Part shown: in pieces, positions 41,471-51,009 of the stretch
Position numbering within the stretch: position 1 is the stretch's first letter
Layout: every line of letters begins with the position of its first letter
IMG/VR virus record: IMGVR_UViG_3300002131_000106
Strand: one strand, 5' to 3'
DNA length: 64,000 bases
From: an uncultured virus (IMG/VR IMGVR_UViG_3300002131_000106)
Taxonomy: Duplodnaviria; Heunggongvirae; Uroviricota; Caudoviricetes
The notes under the pieces: model-generated
What the model was told of the DNA's origin: nothing
The model's database searches: none
The model's input: only the letters and a program-made list of their open reading frames with translations
Made by a program: the position numbers and the translations under genes

Positions 41471-41896
41471 ATGGAAAACAAAAAAGACAAGCTTGCTGCC
41501 AGTCTCGAAAAGAATTTGCCTGCTAAAAAAGCTTCCGCGGTAGTGACCAAAGAGTATCTTGATAAAAAAGATATAAAGGATGATTACGAGTTTTCTAGGA
41601 ATACCTATAAAGAACTAATCTCTACTGGGGTTAGCTCTTTGGATGTATTAGCAGAGCTCGCACGCGAGAGCGAGCACCCACGCGCCTTCGAGGTGCTATC
41701 TAAAGCTATAAAAGATATCGGCGATGTAACTGATAAACTTATGGCTCTTCAAAAGCATAAAAAAGAATTAGCTAAAGATGATAGAAAAGAACTAGATATT
41801 GGGGTGACGAATAATAATGTCTTTATAGGAAGCACCTCAGATTTACAAAGGATGTTAGCAGCAAAGGATTCTAAGGTAATTAATGCAAAGGATTAA
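41471..41896 (+). CDS. gp16: Terminase small subunit gp16
   Basis: DYEFSR, SEHPRAFEV and NNNVFIGSTSDLQ. Overlaps the gp17 start. Confidence 0.92.
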   Translation: MENKKDKLAASLEKNLPAKKASAVVTKEYLDKKDIKDDYEFSRNTYKELISTGVSSLDVLAELARESEHPRAFEVLSKAIKDIGDVTDKLMALQKHKKELAKDDRKELDIGVTNNNVFIGSTSDLQRMLAAKDSKVINAKD

Positions 41897-43484
41897 GAAT
41901 AGTGAATTCGGATATCTCGGCAACCCCAACATAAAGAGGGATGGGATCGAGACTGAATTTAACTTAAATGAGGTAGAGGAATATAAAAAGTGCATGGATG
42001 ATCCTGCTTACTTTGCTTCTACCTATGCAAAAATTATATCGCTAGATGAAGGTTTAGTCCCTTTTAATCTTTATCCTTATCAAAGTGATATGTTTAAACA
42101 CTTTAAAGAAAATAGATTCTCAATTGTTCTTGCATGTCGACAGTCAGGTAAATCTATATCATCGGTTATATACTTATTATGGTATGCCATATTTCACCCG
42201 GAGAAAAACATTGCTATTCTAGCTAACAAAGGGGCTACAGCTCGCGAGATGTTAGCTAGAATTACCCTATCTTTAGAAAACTTACCCTTCTTTTTGCAAC
42301 CAGGGTGCAAGGCTTTAAATAAAGGATCAATAGAGTTTAGTAATAATTCCAAGATCATTGCTGCAGCAACCTCAGGATCTTCTATTCGGGGTTTATCTAT
42401 TAACTTGCTATTCCTAGACGAGTTTGCTTTTATTGATAATGACTCAGAGTTTTATACATCTACATACCCCGTGGTAACTTCTGGTAAAGATACAAAAATT
42501 ATCATTACTTCTACAGCAAACGGTGTTGGTAATATTTTCCATAAAATATGGGAAGGCGCAGTACAGAATACCAATGAATTTAAAGGATTTAGAGTAGACT
42601 GGTGGGACGTTCCCGGAAGAGATGAAGAATGGAAAAGACAGACTATTTCTAATACTTCAGAATTGCAATTTGAGCAAGAATTCGGAAATACTTTCCACGG
42701 AAGGGGTAATACCCTTATTGCAGCTAATCATTTGATGGCACAAATGTCTAGAGAGCCTATATTGATTCAAGAAAATGTCATGATGTATAAAAAGCCTAGA
42801 GAAAGCCATAGTTATATTATGACGGTTGACGTGGCTAAGGGTAGAGGCCAAGACTATAGTACCTTTAATATTATTGATGTATCTACTAATCCATTTCAGC
42901 AGGTCGCAACATTTAGGGATAATACTTTATCGCCTTTGCTATTTCCGGATATTATTTACAAATATGCCATGACATATAATGAAGCATATGTCATAGTTGA
43001 ATCAAATGATCAAGGTAGTGTCGTCTGTAATGGCTTATATTATGACCTAGAATATGAAAACATGTACGTTGAATCGTCTATTAAGTCAGGTGCAATTGGT
43101 GCTACTATGACCAAAAGGGTAAAAAGAATCGGTTGTTCTACTATCAAAGACTTTATAGAGCAAAGAAAACTGGAAATAATAGATTCAGAAACTATTATAG
43201 AAATGAGTACTTTTGTCGCAAATGGTAGTTCATATTCTGCATCAGGCACTAACCATGATGATTTAATGATGAATTTAGTTATGTTTGGATGGTTTGCCTC
43301 TACCGATATATTTCAGAATTTAACCAATATTGACATGAAAGATTTACTATACAGGGAAAGATTAAAAGCTATACAAGACGATATGCTGCCATTCGGCTTT
43401 ATAAATAATGGTAACGATAAATATCTAGTGGACGAGGAAACCGGGAATAGGACTAGCTGGATGGATGCGGAGCTCTGGGCTTAG
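41883..43484 (+). CDS. gp17: Terminase large subunit gp17
   Basis: YLGNPN, Walker A RQSGKS, Walker B LLFLDEFAF, ITSTANG, nuclease VDVAKGRGQDYS and HDDLMM. Uninterrupted. Confidence 0.97.
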   Translation: MQRIKNSEFGYLGNPNIKRDGIETEFNLNEVEEYKKCMDDPAYFASTYAKIISLDEGLVPFNLYPYQSDMFKHFKENRFSIVLACRQSGKSISSVIYLLWYAIFHPEKNIAILANKGATAREMLARITLSLENLPFFLQPGCKALNKGSIEFSNNSKIIAAATSGSSIRGLSINLLFLDEFAFIDNDSEFYTSTYPVVTSGKDTKIIITSTANGVGNIFHKIWEGAVQNTNEFKGFRVDWWDVPGRDEEWKRQTISNTSELQFEQEFGNTFHGRGNTLIAANHLMAQMSREPILIQENVMMYKKPRESHSYIMTVDVAKGRGQDYSTFNIIDVSTNPFQQVATFRDNTLSPLLFPDIIYKYAMTYNEAYVIVESNDQGSVVCNGLYYDLEYENMYVESSIKSGAIGATMTKRVKRIGCSTIKDFIEQRKLEIIDSETIIEMSTFVANGSSYSASGTNHDDLMMNLVMFGWFASTDIFQNLTNIDMKDLLYRERLKAIQDDMLPFGFINNGNDKYLVDEETGNRTSWMDAELWA

Positions 43485-43496
43485 GAATTTATTAAC

Positions 43497-43504
43497 TATA
43501 AATA
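43497..43504 (+). promoter_or_regulatory. Late promoter TATAAATA (gp18-gp19)
   Basis: Exact intergenic consensus. A second copy lies at 43400-43407 in the 3' end of gp17. Confidence 0.85.
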
Positions 43505-43570
43505 ATATAGTGAATATAACCGTATTATGAAAACATATTAACTAACTCAAAATTTTGAGAGGATAAAGCG

Positions 43571-45262
43571 ATGGCATTTCAAGTATCACCAGGTGTCGAA
43601 GTAAAAGAAATCGACGCTACAAGTGTGGTTCCAGCTGTTTCTACCAGTATTGGTGGATTTGCTGGCTCATTTAATTGGGGTCCGGTAGAAGAAATAGTAA
43701 CAGTTGGTTCTGAGAAAGAGCTCGCTGCAAACTTCGGAACATCAGATTCTAACACATTCAAATACTTCCTTACAGCAGCGGCATTTTTAAAATATGGTAG
43801 CGCTCTTAAGGTAGTCCGTGCAGACGCAGGAGCAGTTAATGCTACTACTGACGGTACTGGACAATTAATTAAAAACAAAGATGATTATGAAAATAATTAT
43901 TCTTCAGGCGAGTTAAGCAAAGGGATTTGGGCATCCAAGTATCCCAGCGTTTTAGGAAACAGTATTAGTGTTTCTATCTGTACTCAAGGTATTACTAGCT
44001 TTACTGGTTGGGCTTATTCTAGCTCATTCGATTCAGCTCCTGGCACCTCAGAGTATGCAACTAACTTGGGCAAAGGATCAGCCAATGACGAGATGCACAT
44101 TGCTATTATTGATACTAATGGCCTGTTTTCAGGAACCGTTGGCGCAGTATTAGAAACTTTTGCTTATGTTTCACAAGCATCAGATGCTAAGAAATCAGAC
44201 GGCACATCTAACTATTATAAAGAAGTTATTAATGGTGGTTCAAAATACATTTGGTGGATTGATCACTCCCCTACTTTAAGCGATGCTGGTTCTGCACTTT
44301 CTAGTGCAAGTGTTACTGCATTCACAATATCTACTTCAGCTATTGATAATAACCTAAGTGGTGGTATAGATCCTTCTAGTGTTAGTGTTGGATCAATTCA
44401 AACAGCTTACAGCTTGTTCGAAGATTCAGAAACAGTTGATGTTAATCTTCTATTCTCTGTCCCTGATGCTAATGGTTCTAAGGATATTGCTGATCACCTA
44501 ATAAGTATCGTAAATGCAAGAAAAGATTGTATGGCATTTGTATCTCCTCCTATTGAAGATACTGTTGGCACTTCTTCTCCTGCTGCAGACGTAAAGGTTT
44601 GGGCTGATTCACTTCCTTCAACCTCTTATGCTTCTACAGACTCTACCGCTCTTTACGTCTATGATAAGTACAATGACGTATATCGATGGATTGGCGCTGC
44701 TGGTCATATGGCTGGTTTGTGTGCTAATGCTGATAGCGTAGCAGATGCTTGGTTCTCTCCAGCTGGTGTTAATAGAGGCCAATTGTTGGGTGTTACCAAG
44801 TTAGCGTTTAACCCGAAGAAAGCAGATCGTGATACACTTTATAAAGCTCGTGTTAATCCGATTGTTGCATTCCCAGGTCAAGGAACAATGTTGTATGGTG
44901 ATAAGACTCTACTGTCTAAGCCATCAGCATTTGACCGAATTAACGTTCGCAGATTGTTTATTGTATTGGAAAAGGCTATTGCAACTGCGGCTAAAGCACA
45001 GTTGTTTGAATTCAACGATGAATTTACAAGAGCCCAATTCCGCAATATGATTGAGCCATTTATGAGAGACGTTAAGGGAAGACGTGGACTTACAGACTTT
45101 TTGGTAGTTTGTGATACTACAAATAATACGGGTGAAGTTATTGATGGTAATAGATTCGTTGCTGATATTTATGTCAAGCCAGCTAGATCTATTAACTTCA
45201 TTACTCTTAACTTCATTGCAACAAGAACAGGTGTCGATTTCAACGAAATCGCCGGCGTTTAA
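43571..45262 (+). CDS. gp18: Tail sheath protein gp18
   Basis: SPGVEVKEID, FNWGP, WFSPAG.NRG, FDRINVRRLF, FEFNDEFTR and KPARSINFI. Confidence 0.97.
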   Translation: MAFQVSPGVEVKEIDATSVVPAVSTSIGGFAGSFNWGPVEEIVTVGSEKELAANFGTSDSNTFKYFLTAAAFLKYGSALKVVRADAGAVNATTDGTGQLIKNKDDYENNYSSGELSKGIWASKYPSVLGNSISVSICTQGITSFTGWAYSSSFDSAPGTSEYATNLGKGSANDEMHIAIIDTNGLFSGTVGAVLETFAYVSQASDAKKSDGTSNYYKEVINGGSKYIWWIDHSPTLSDAGSALSSASVTAFTISTSAIDNNLSGGIDPSSVSVGSIQTAYSLFEDSETVDVNLLFSVPDANGSKDIADHLISIVNARKDCMAFVSPPIEDTVGTSSPAADVKVWADSLPSTSYASTDSTALYVYDKYNDVYRWIGAAGHMAGLCANADSVADAWFSPAGVNRGQLLGVTKLAFNPKKADRDTLYKARVNPIVAFPGQGTMLYGDKTLLSKPSAFDRINVRRLFIVLEKAIATAAKAQLFEFNDEFTRAQFRNMIEPFMRDVKGRRGLTDFLVVCDTTNNTGEVIDGNRFVADIYVKPARSINFITLNFIATRTGVDFNEIAGV

Positions 45263-45278
45263 TTAGGAGATTATAGAA

Positions 45279-45803
45279 ATGGCAATTTTAGGTGTAGATG
45301 ATTTCAAATCCAAGTTAGTTGGAGGCGGCGCTAGGTCCAACCTGTTTAAGGTTACCTTGAACTTTCCTGGCTATGCTTCAGGTAATGTTGAACTCACTTC
45401 TTTCATGTGTAAAGCAGCATCGTTTCCAGCATCAAACGTAGCTACTGTAACCGTACCTTTCAGAGGACGTCAACTGCAAATCGCAGGCGATCGTACTTTT
45501 GATCCATGGTCAATTACAGTAATTAATGATACTGGTTTCGAAGTTCGAAATGCGTTTGAAAGATGGAGTAACGGCATTAATTCTCATGCGGCAAATACCG
45601 GGTTAGTTAACCCTTCTGATTACCAAGCTGATGCTATTATTGAGCAGCTTGATAAAGCAGGTAATGTTACTAAGAAGTATGATTTCAGAGGCATTTGGCC
45701 AAGCTCAATCGCAGCGATTGAAGTGGCTTATGATGCAGAAGGAATCGAAGAATTCACGGTTGAGCTTCAAGTTCAATACTGGGAATCTGATACAACTTCG
45801 TAA
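45279..45803 (+). CDS. gp19: Tail tube protein gp19
   Basis: GGARSNLF, FRGRQLQIAGDRTFDPW and IEEFTVELQVQYW. Confidence 0.97.
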   Translation: MAILGVDDFKSKLVGGGARSNLFKVTLNFPGYASGNVELTSFMCKAASFPASNVATVTVPFRGRQLQIAGDRTFDPWSITVINDTGFEVRNAFERWSNGINSHAANTGLVNPSDYQADAIIEQLDKAGNVTKKYDFRGIWPSSIAAIEVAYDAEGIEEFTVELQVQYWESDTTS

Positions 45804-45812
45804 AAATAGGTA

Positions 45813-45820
45813 TATAAATA
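45813..45820 (+). promoter_or_regulatory. Late promoter TATAAATA (gp20)
   Basis: Exact intergenic consensus followed by a GC-rich hairpin at 45830-45850. Confidence 0.85.
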
Positions 45821-45872
45821 GTATTAGAGGGGGCAGATTTGTTCTGCCCCTGATAATATAGGAGATTATATT

Positions 45873-47366
45873 TTGGCAGAATTTTTTGGTTTCGAAATCA
45901 AAAGGAAGCAAGAAGATCTTCCTCTGGTTTCGTTTGTTCCTGATACGGAAGAGGATGGCGCTGGTGTTATTACAACCGGTGGACATTTTGGTGTTTATGT
46001 TGACCAATCAGGGGGTGAAGCTAAAACAGAGGTAGACCTTATATACAAATATAGAGATGCCGCTTCACAGCCAGAATGTGATGCAGCTATTGAAGATATT
46101 ATTAATGAGGCAATTATTGGCGATCATAATGATGTACCAGTGGAAATTGTATTAGACGAGGTTGAAGCCTCTGACAAAATAAAAGAAATGGTTAGAGATG
46201 AATTTTACGCCGTATTGGGCCTATTAAACTTTAATCAGTATGCGCATGATATTTTTCGTAGATGGTATGTAGATGGTAGGTTACCATATCATATTATTAT
46301 CGATAATAAAAGTCCCAAAAAGGGGATTTTGGAATTAAGATATATTGACCCTACAAAGTTAAGAAAGATTAAAGAAATAGAGGAAAAAACTGATCCATTG
46401 ACTGGTAACAAGCTAGTCGTGGGACAAAAAGAGTACTTCCTTTTTCAAGATGATAAAATGGGTTTAAATTCGCAAGGGCTTAAGATTCACCCAGACTCTA
46501 TTGCTTATGCAACTTCGGGTTTATTGGATCCTTCCCGAAAAAGGATTATGTCCTATTTGCAAAAAGCTATTAAGCCAGTTAACCAGCTTCGAATGATGGA
46601 AGACTCCTTAGTAATCTATCGAATCTCTCGTGCTCCTGAAAGACGGATATTTTATATTGATGTTGGTAACTTGCCTAAGGGTAAAGCGGAAGAATACCTT
46701 CGCGGTATCATGAACCAATATCGAAACAAACTAGTCTATGATGCTAGTACTGGAGAAATAAAAGATGATCGCAAGCATATGTCAATGCTTGAAGACTTTT
46801 TCTTGCCCCGTAGAGAAGGCGGGCGTGGCACTGAAATCTCTACTCTGCCAGGCGGTGAAAATCTCGGGCAGATTGATGATATCATTTACTTCCAGAAAAA
46901 GCTTTATAGATCTCTTAACGTTCCGTTAAACAGATTAGAGCAGGAATCGCAGTTTAGTTTAGGTAGATCTAATGAAGTATCCAGAGACGAAATTAAGTTT
47001 AAAAAGTTTATTGATAGATTAAGAAAAAGATTCTCTGACTTATTCATGCAGTTATTAAAGACCCAACTGATTTTAAAAGGTATTATTACAAGAGAAGAAT
47101 GGGCTTCATGGAAAGAATCCATACAGTTTAACTATATCGAAGACAACTACTTTTCGGAATTAAAAGAATCCGAGATGATTAGGGAGAGATTCGAAATGTT
47201 GGCTTCCCTTGATGAGTATGTTGGTAAATACATATCTAATGCTTGGGTACGTAAAAATGTTCTTAAGTTTACTGATGATGAAGTTAAGACCATGGAAAAA
47301 GAGATTGCTGATGAGGATAAAGCTGGCGAAAATGATATGCCAGATCCAGATGATATCCGATACTAG
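45873..47366 (+). CDS. gp20: Portal protein gp20 (TTG start)
   Basis: AGGAG SD and TTG start. WYVDGR, NQLRMMEDSLVIYRISRAPERRIFYIDVGNLP and LPRREGGRGTEI. Confidence 0.97.
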   Translation: MAEFFGFEIKRKQEDLPLVSFVPDTEEDGAGVITTGGHFGVYVDQSGGEAKTEVDLIYKYRDAASQPECDAAIEDIINEAIIGDHNDVPVEIVLDEVEASDKIKEMVRDEFYAVLGLLNFNQYAHDIFRRWYVDGRLPYHIIIDNKSPKKGILELRYIDPTKLRKIKEIEEKTDPLTGNKLVVGQKEYFLFQDDKMGLNSQGLKIHPDSIAYATSGLLDPSRKRIMSYLQKAIKPVNQLRMMEDSLVIYRISRAPERRIFYIDVGNLPKGKAEEYLRGIMNQYRNKLVYDASTGEIKDDRKHMSMLEDFFLPRREGGRGTEISTLPGGENLGQIDDIIYFQKKLYRSLNVPLNRLEQESQFSLGRSNEVSRDEIKFKKFIDRLRKRFSDLFMQLLKTQLILKGIITREEWASWKESIQFNYIEDNYFSELKESEMIRERFEMLASLDEYVGKYISNAWVRKNVLKFTDDEVKTMEKEIADEDKAGENDMPDPDDIRY

Positions 47367-47378
47367 GATTAATTTTAT

Positions 47379-47386
47379 TATAAATA
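47379..47386 (+). promoter_or_regulatory. Late promoter TATAAATA (prohead core genes)
   Basis: Exact intergenic consensus after gp20. Confidence 0.85.
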
Positions 47387-47404
47387 TATAAGAGGGTAAT
47401 ATAA

Positions 47405-47572
47405 ATGACAGTAAAAGACATTATAGATTCTGTAAAAGACGGAGATAGTCTAAATGCAGAAAAGTCCTTTAGTGCAGTAATGGCAGATAAGATAAGTGCT
47501 GCATTAGATAGCAAAAGAATAGAAACAGCCTCATCAATGATTGCTGGTCGTAAAACAGAAGAAGATGCATAG
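47405..47572 (+). CDS. Small prohead core protein, gp67-like position (missing from the ORF track)
   Basis: 55-aa ORF MTVKDIIDSVKDGDSLNAEKSFSAVMADKISAALDSKRIETASSMIAGRKTEEDA with a GAGGG SD, directly after the portal gene and late promoter. Confidence 0.75.
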   Translation: MTVKDIIDSVKDGDSLNAEKSFSAVMADKISAALDSKRIETASSMIAGRKTEEDA

Positions 47573-47574
47573 TA

Positions 47575-47808
47575 ATGATTTCGTTCCTTCAATTAAGAGA
47601 AAAAATCAAGCTCGATGCTGGTGAAAAAGAAGTTAGTACAGTAATGGGCGGCAAAGGAAAAAAGGCAGAAATATCTATCTCTAAAAAGGGGAATAGATAC
47701 TCTGTCTATATTAATAGCGAAAAGCTGGATGATAACTTCACTAGCGAAAAAGAAGCTAAAACTGCAGCCGATGACTTTCTTAAGTTGATGGGTGAAGAAT
47801 TACAATAG
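47575..47808 (+). CDS. Small prohead core protein, gp68-like position
   Basis: 77-aa charged ORF (MISFLQLREK) between the gp67-like ORF and gp21. Assigned by synteny. Confidence 0.6.
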   Translation: MISFLQLREKIKLDAGEKEVSTVMGGKGKKAEISISKKGNRYSVYINSEKLDDNFTSEKEAKTAADDFLKLMGEELQ

Positions 47809-47817
47809 GGATTAGAT

Positions 47818-48468
47818 ATGAAGCTAATTGCAGAATATTTTGAAAGCGATTTACAACTTATTCAGGAAGCTGATAAGAATGGTAAAAAAAGTCTTGCGAT
47901 TGAAGGAGTCTTCATGCAAGCCGACCAAAAGAATAGAAATGGTCGGATTTATGAAAAAAAGATTTTAGAGCGTGCTGTTGCAAAGTACGTAAAAGAACAA
48001 GTTAGTACTGGTCGTGCAGTTGGTGAGTTAAACCATCCGGAAGGACCACAGATTAACTTGGATAAAGTTTCGCATCGTATTACTGAACTCCGTTGGGATG
48101 GCAGTGATGTGATAGGAAAGGCATCGATACTTAACACTCCAATGGGCAATATCGTTAGCGGTTTGCTTGAAGGTGGGGTTAAGCTTGGTGTATCAAGTCG
48201 TGGTATGGGTAGTCTTGTTCAAAAGAATGGCATTAATTACGTGACTGATGACTTTATGTTATCCACCGTAGATATAGTCCAAGACCCTTCCGCTCCAGAG
48301 GCATTTGTCAATGGAATTATGGAAGGTGTAGATTGGATATGGGATAATGGTATTCTTAAACAACAAGAGATTGAATTAATTGAGACTGAAATAAAAACCG
48401 CTCGAAATATAGGTTCTTCCGATATTGAGATTAAAGCGTTTAAGAATTTCCTCTCGAAACTTGTATAA
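47818..48468 (+). CDS. gp21: Prohead protease gp21
   Basis: IEGVFMQAD.KNRNGRIY, GELNHP, GVSSRGMGSL and DIVQDPSAP.AFV.GIME. Confidence 0.97.
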   Translation: MKLIAEYFESDLQLIQEADKNGKKSLAIEGVFMQADQKNRNGRIYEKKILERAVAKYVKEQVSTGRAVGELNHPEGPQINLDKVSHRITELRWDGSDVIGKASILNTPMGNIVSGLLEGGVKLGVSSRGMGSLVQKNGINYVTDDFMLSTVDIVQDPSAPEAFVNGIMEGVDWIWDNGILKQQEIELIETEIKTARNIGSSDIEIKAFKNFLSKLV

Positions 48469-48489
48469 CTCTTATAGGAGAGAAAAGAT

Positions 48490-49569
48490 ATGTCTGAAGA
48501 CACAAGGGTAGAAGTCTTAGAAGACATTTCAAATGAAGAGCTTGTTCAGGAAGAGCTCGTTGATGACGCACAAGTAATCGACGAGGATGTTCTCGAAGAA
48601 GGTAAGGCTAAAGCAGAAGAAGAAGGTGTTGAAATCGAAATCGACGGTGACGAAGATGAAGATGAGGAAGAGGAAGAAACTCCTGCTCCTAAGATGGAAA
48701 TGCCCAAAACTAAAGCTGGCGTTATTCAAGCTGCAGTTGAAATGTTGAAAAAGGCAAAGAAAGAAGATGCACAAAGCATGTTTGCCAAAATGACCAAGGT
48801 AGAAGAAAGCACTGTAGAAGAGGGTGATGTTCAAATCTCTCACATTGATTACTCTGAAGATCTTGATATTTTAGTAAATGAAGAAGCTACTCTTTCTGAA
48901 GGTTTCCGATTAAAAGCATCAACTATTTTTGAAGCAGCTTTGAAAAGCAAAGTTTCTGCTGAAATTGATAGACTTGAAGCTGAATACTCACAAAACCTAG
49001 AAGAAGAAGTTACTGAATTCCAAAGCTCACTAGTAGAGAAAGTAGATTCTTACTTGAACTATGTTGTTGAAAATTGGATGAAGGATAACGAAGTAGCAGT
49101 AGTTTCTGGTCTTAAGACTGAAATTGCTGAAGGCTTTATCACTTCTTTACAAACTGTATTTAAAGAGCACTATATTGAAGTACCAGAAGGCAAGACTGAT
49201 CTGATTGATGAATTGTCCGATCAAGTTGCTGAGCTGGAAGAGTCTCTTAATAAATCCACCGAAGATAACATTCGTTTACACGAGGCTAATCAAGCTCACG
49301 CTAAGAAAGAAATTATTCGAAATGCATCTTCAGGACTGTCCGAATCAGAAGCTGAAAAACTTCAATCTTTCGTAGAAGATATCGATTTTGATAATACTGA
49401 AACCTTTGAAATGAAGGTTAAAGTTATTAAAGAATCATACTTTTCACAGAAGAATGAGTCAGTAGATGAAGCTAACAGTCTAATCGGCGAAGATACAGCA
49501 CCTGCTGTAGCACTCTCCGAAGTAATGACTAGATACACTCAAGCAATTACAAACAACCTTAAAAAATAA
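48490..49569 (+). CDS. gp22: Prohead scaffold/core protein gp22
   Basis: Acidic coiled coil with KASTIFEAA and VDSYLNYVVENW. Lies between gp21 and gp23. Confidence 0.93.
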   Translation: MSEDTRVEVLEDISNEELVQEELVDDAQVIDEDVLEEGKAKAEEEGVEIEIDGDEDEDEEEEETPAPKMEMPKTKAGVIQAAVEMLKKAKKEDAQSMFAKMTKVEESTVEEGDVQISHIDYSEDLDILVNEEATLSEGFRLKASTIFEAALKSKVSAEIDRLEAEYSQNLEEEVTEFQSSLVEKVDSYLNYVVENWMKDNEVAVVSGLKTEIAEGFITSLQTVFKEHYIEVPEGKTDLIDELSDQVAELEESLNKSTEDNIRLHEANQAHAKKEIIRNASSGLSESEAEKLQSFVEDIDFDNTETFEMKVKVIKESYFSQKNESVDEANSLIGEDTAPAVALSEVMTRYTQAITNNLKK

Positions 49570-49593
49570 ACATCTTAATTGGAGAAAATAAAA

Positions 49594-50922
49594 ATGTTTA
49601 CTGCTGATCAAAATTTGATGGAAAAATGGGCACCTGTCCTAGAGCATTCTGCTGCTCCTACTATTGCAGATAGCCATAAGCGCTCTGTTACAGCTCGTCT
49701 TTTGGAAAACCAAGAAATTGCTATGCGCGAAGATCGTGCACAATCTCAGGGTAACTACATTTCTGAAACTGCTGCTAATGCTGGTTTCGGTGGTGCTAAT
49801 GCTAACATGGCTGGCTTTGACCCCGTACTGATTTCTTTGGTACGTCGTGCAATGCCTAACCTGATTGCTTATGATATTGCTGGCGTTCAGCCAATGACCG
49901 GTCCTACTGGTCTGATCTTCGCTATGAAGAGCAAGTATGCAACTCAAGGCGGAACAGAGGCATTCTTTGATGAAGCTAATACCGGTTTTTCTGGTACTGG
50001 TACTCAACAAGCTGATCCTACTGGTTTGGGCGGTGTTACTGATGCAGTAGCTGGAGAAGGCATTGTTAATGAAACAGACGTATTGTCTGGTCTTGGTCTT
50101 GGTCTTTCAACTGCCGCTGCTGAAGCCCTGGGTAATACTGGTGGTAGTTTTGGTGAAATGGCTTTCTCAATCGAGAAATCAACTGTTACTGCTAAGTCAC
50201 GTGCACTGAAAGCTGAGTACACTATGGAATTGGCTCAAGACCTTAAAGCTGTACATGGTCTGGACGCTGAAGCAGAACTTGCTAACATCCTTTCTTCTGA
50301 AATTCTGGCTGAAATCAACCGTGAGATGGTACGTACGGTTATGTCTAAAGCTAAGATCGGTGCTCGTCAATCAAATACTGCCATTAACGGTATATTTAAT
50401 GTCGAAACTGATTCTGACGGTCGTTGGATGGCAGAGAAGTTCAAAGGTCTTGTTATGCAGCTTGAAAGAGAAGCTAACGTGATTGCTAAAGAAACTCGTC
50501 GCGGTAAGGGTAACTATGTTATCGTTTCTTCAGACGTTGCTTCTGCACTTGCTGCTTCTGGCATGTTGGACTACTCACCTGCTCTTTCTACTAACCTGAA
50601 CGTTGATGACACTGGCAACACTTTCGCAGGTGTTCTTAATGGTCGTATGAAAGTTTATATCGATCCATATGCTACTGTAGACTTCGCTTGTGTTGGCTAT
50701 CGTGGTTCTAATCCGTATGATGCTGGTTTGTTCTACTGCCCATACGTACCATTAACTATGGTTAAAGCTGTTGGTGAAGTTGACTTCCAGCCACGTATCG
50801 GCTTTAAGACTCGATACGGTATGGTTGCTAACCCATTCGTAGCTGCTGATGGTACTGGCGCTGATCGTTCAAATCCTTACTTCCGAATTTTCCGGATTGA
50901 TGGTTTGATGACAACTGTATAA
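49594..50922 (+). CDS. gp23: Major capsid protein gp23
   Basis: ATG at 49594 follows a GGAG SD (the track's TTG at 49579 overlaps the SD). KWAPVL, DPVLISLVRRAMP, GVQPMTGPTGLIFAM, SRALKAEYT and FQPRIGFKTRYG. Probable gp21 cleavage at ISE|T. Confidence 0.98.
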   Translation: MFTADQNLMEKWAPVLEHSAAPTIADSHKRSVTARLLENQEIAMREDRAQSQGNYISETAANAGFGGANANMAGFDPVLISLVRRAMPNLIAYDIAGVQPMTGPTGLIFAMKSKYATQGGTEAFFDEANTGFSGTGTQQADPTGLGGVTDAVAGEGIVNETDVLSGLGLGLSTAAAEALGNTGGSFGEMAFSIEKSTVTAKSRALKAEYTMELAQDLKAVHGLDAEAELANILSSEILAEINREMVRTVMSKAKIGARQSNTAINGIFNVETDSDGRWMAEKFKGLVMQLEREANVIAKETRRGKGNYVIVSSDVASALAASGMLDYSPALSTNLNVDDTGNTFAGVLNGRMKVYIDPYATVDFACVGYRGSNPYDAGLFYCPYVPLTMVKAVGEVDFQPRIGFKTRYGMVANPFVAADGTGADRSNPYFRIFRIDGLMTTV

Positions 50923-50947
50923 GCTTAAGTTTTTTAAATAAGCTTGG

Positions 50948-50975
50948 AAAAGGACTCTTCGGAGTCCTTTTTTTT
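50948..50975 (+). terminator. Rho-independent terminator after gp23
   Basis: AAAAGGACTC-TTCG-GAGTCC-TTTTTTTT, with a C(UUCG)G tetraloop and U-tract. Confidence 0.95.
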
Positions 50976-50978
50976 GTG

Positions 50979-50986
50979 TATAAATA
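50979..50986 (+). promoter_or_regulatory. Late promoter TATAAATA (gp3)
   Basis: Exact consensus immediately after the terminator. Confidence 0.9.
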
Positions 50987-51009
50987 AAAGATAGAAGGAG
51001 ATACAATAT

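Noticed and set aside
41883..43484. Intron, intein or split terminase
   Set aside because: It is a continuous 533-aa ORF with ATPase and nuclease motifs at normal spacing.
49579..49593. Track start codons at 49579, 31490, 62355, 62609 and 160
   Set aside because: Better starts, with SD or stop-start coupling and family-typical N-termini, are at 49594, 31517, 62367 and 62624. gp6 begins upstream of the window.
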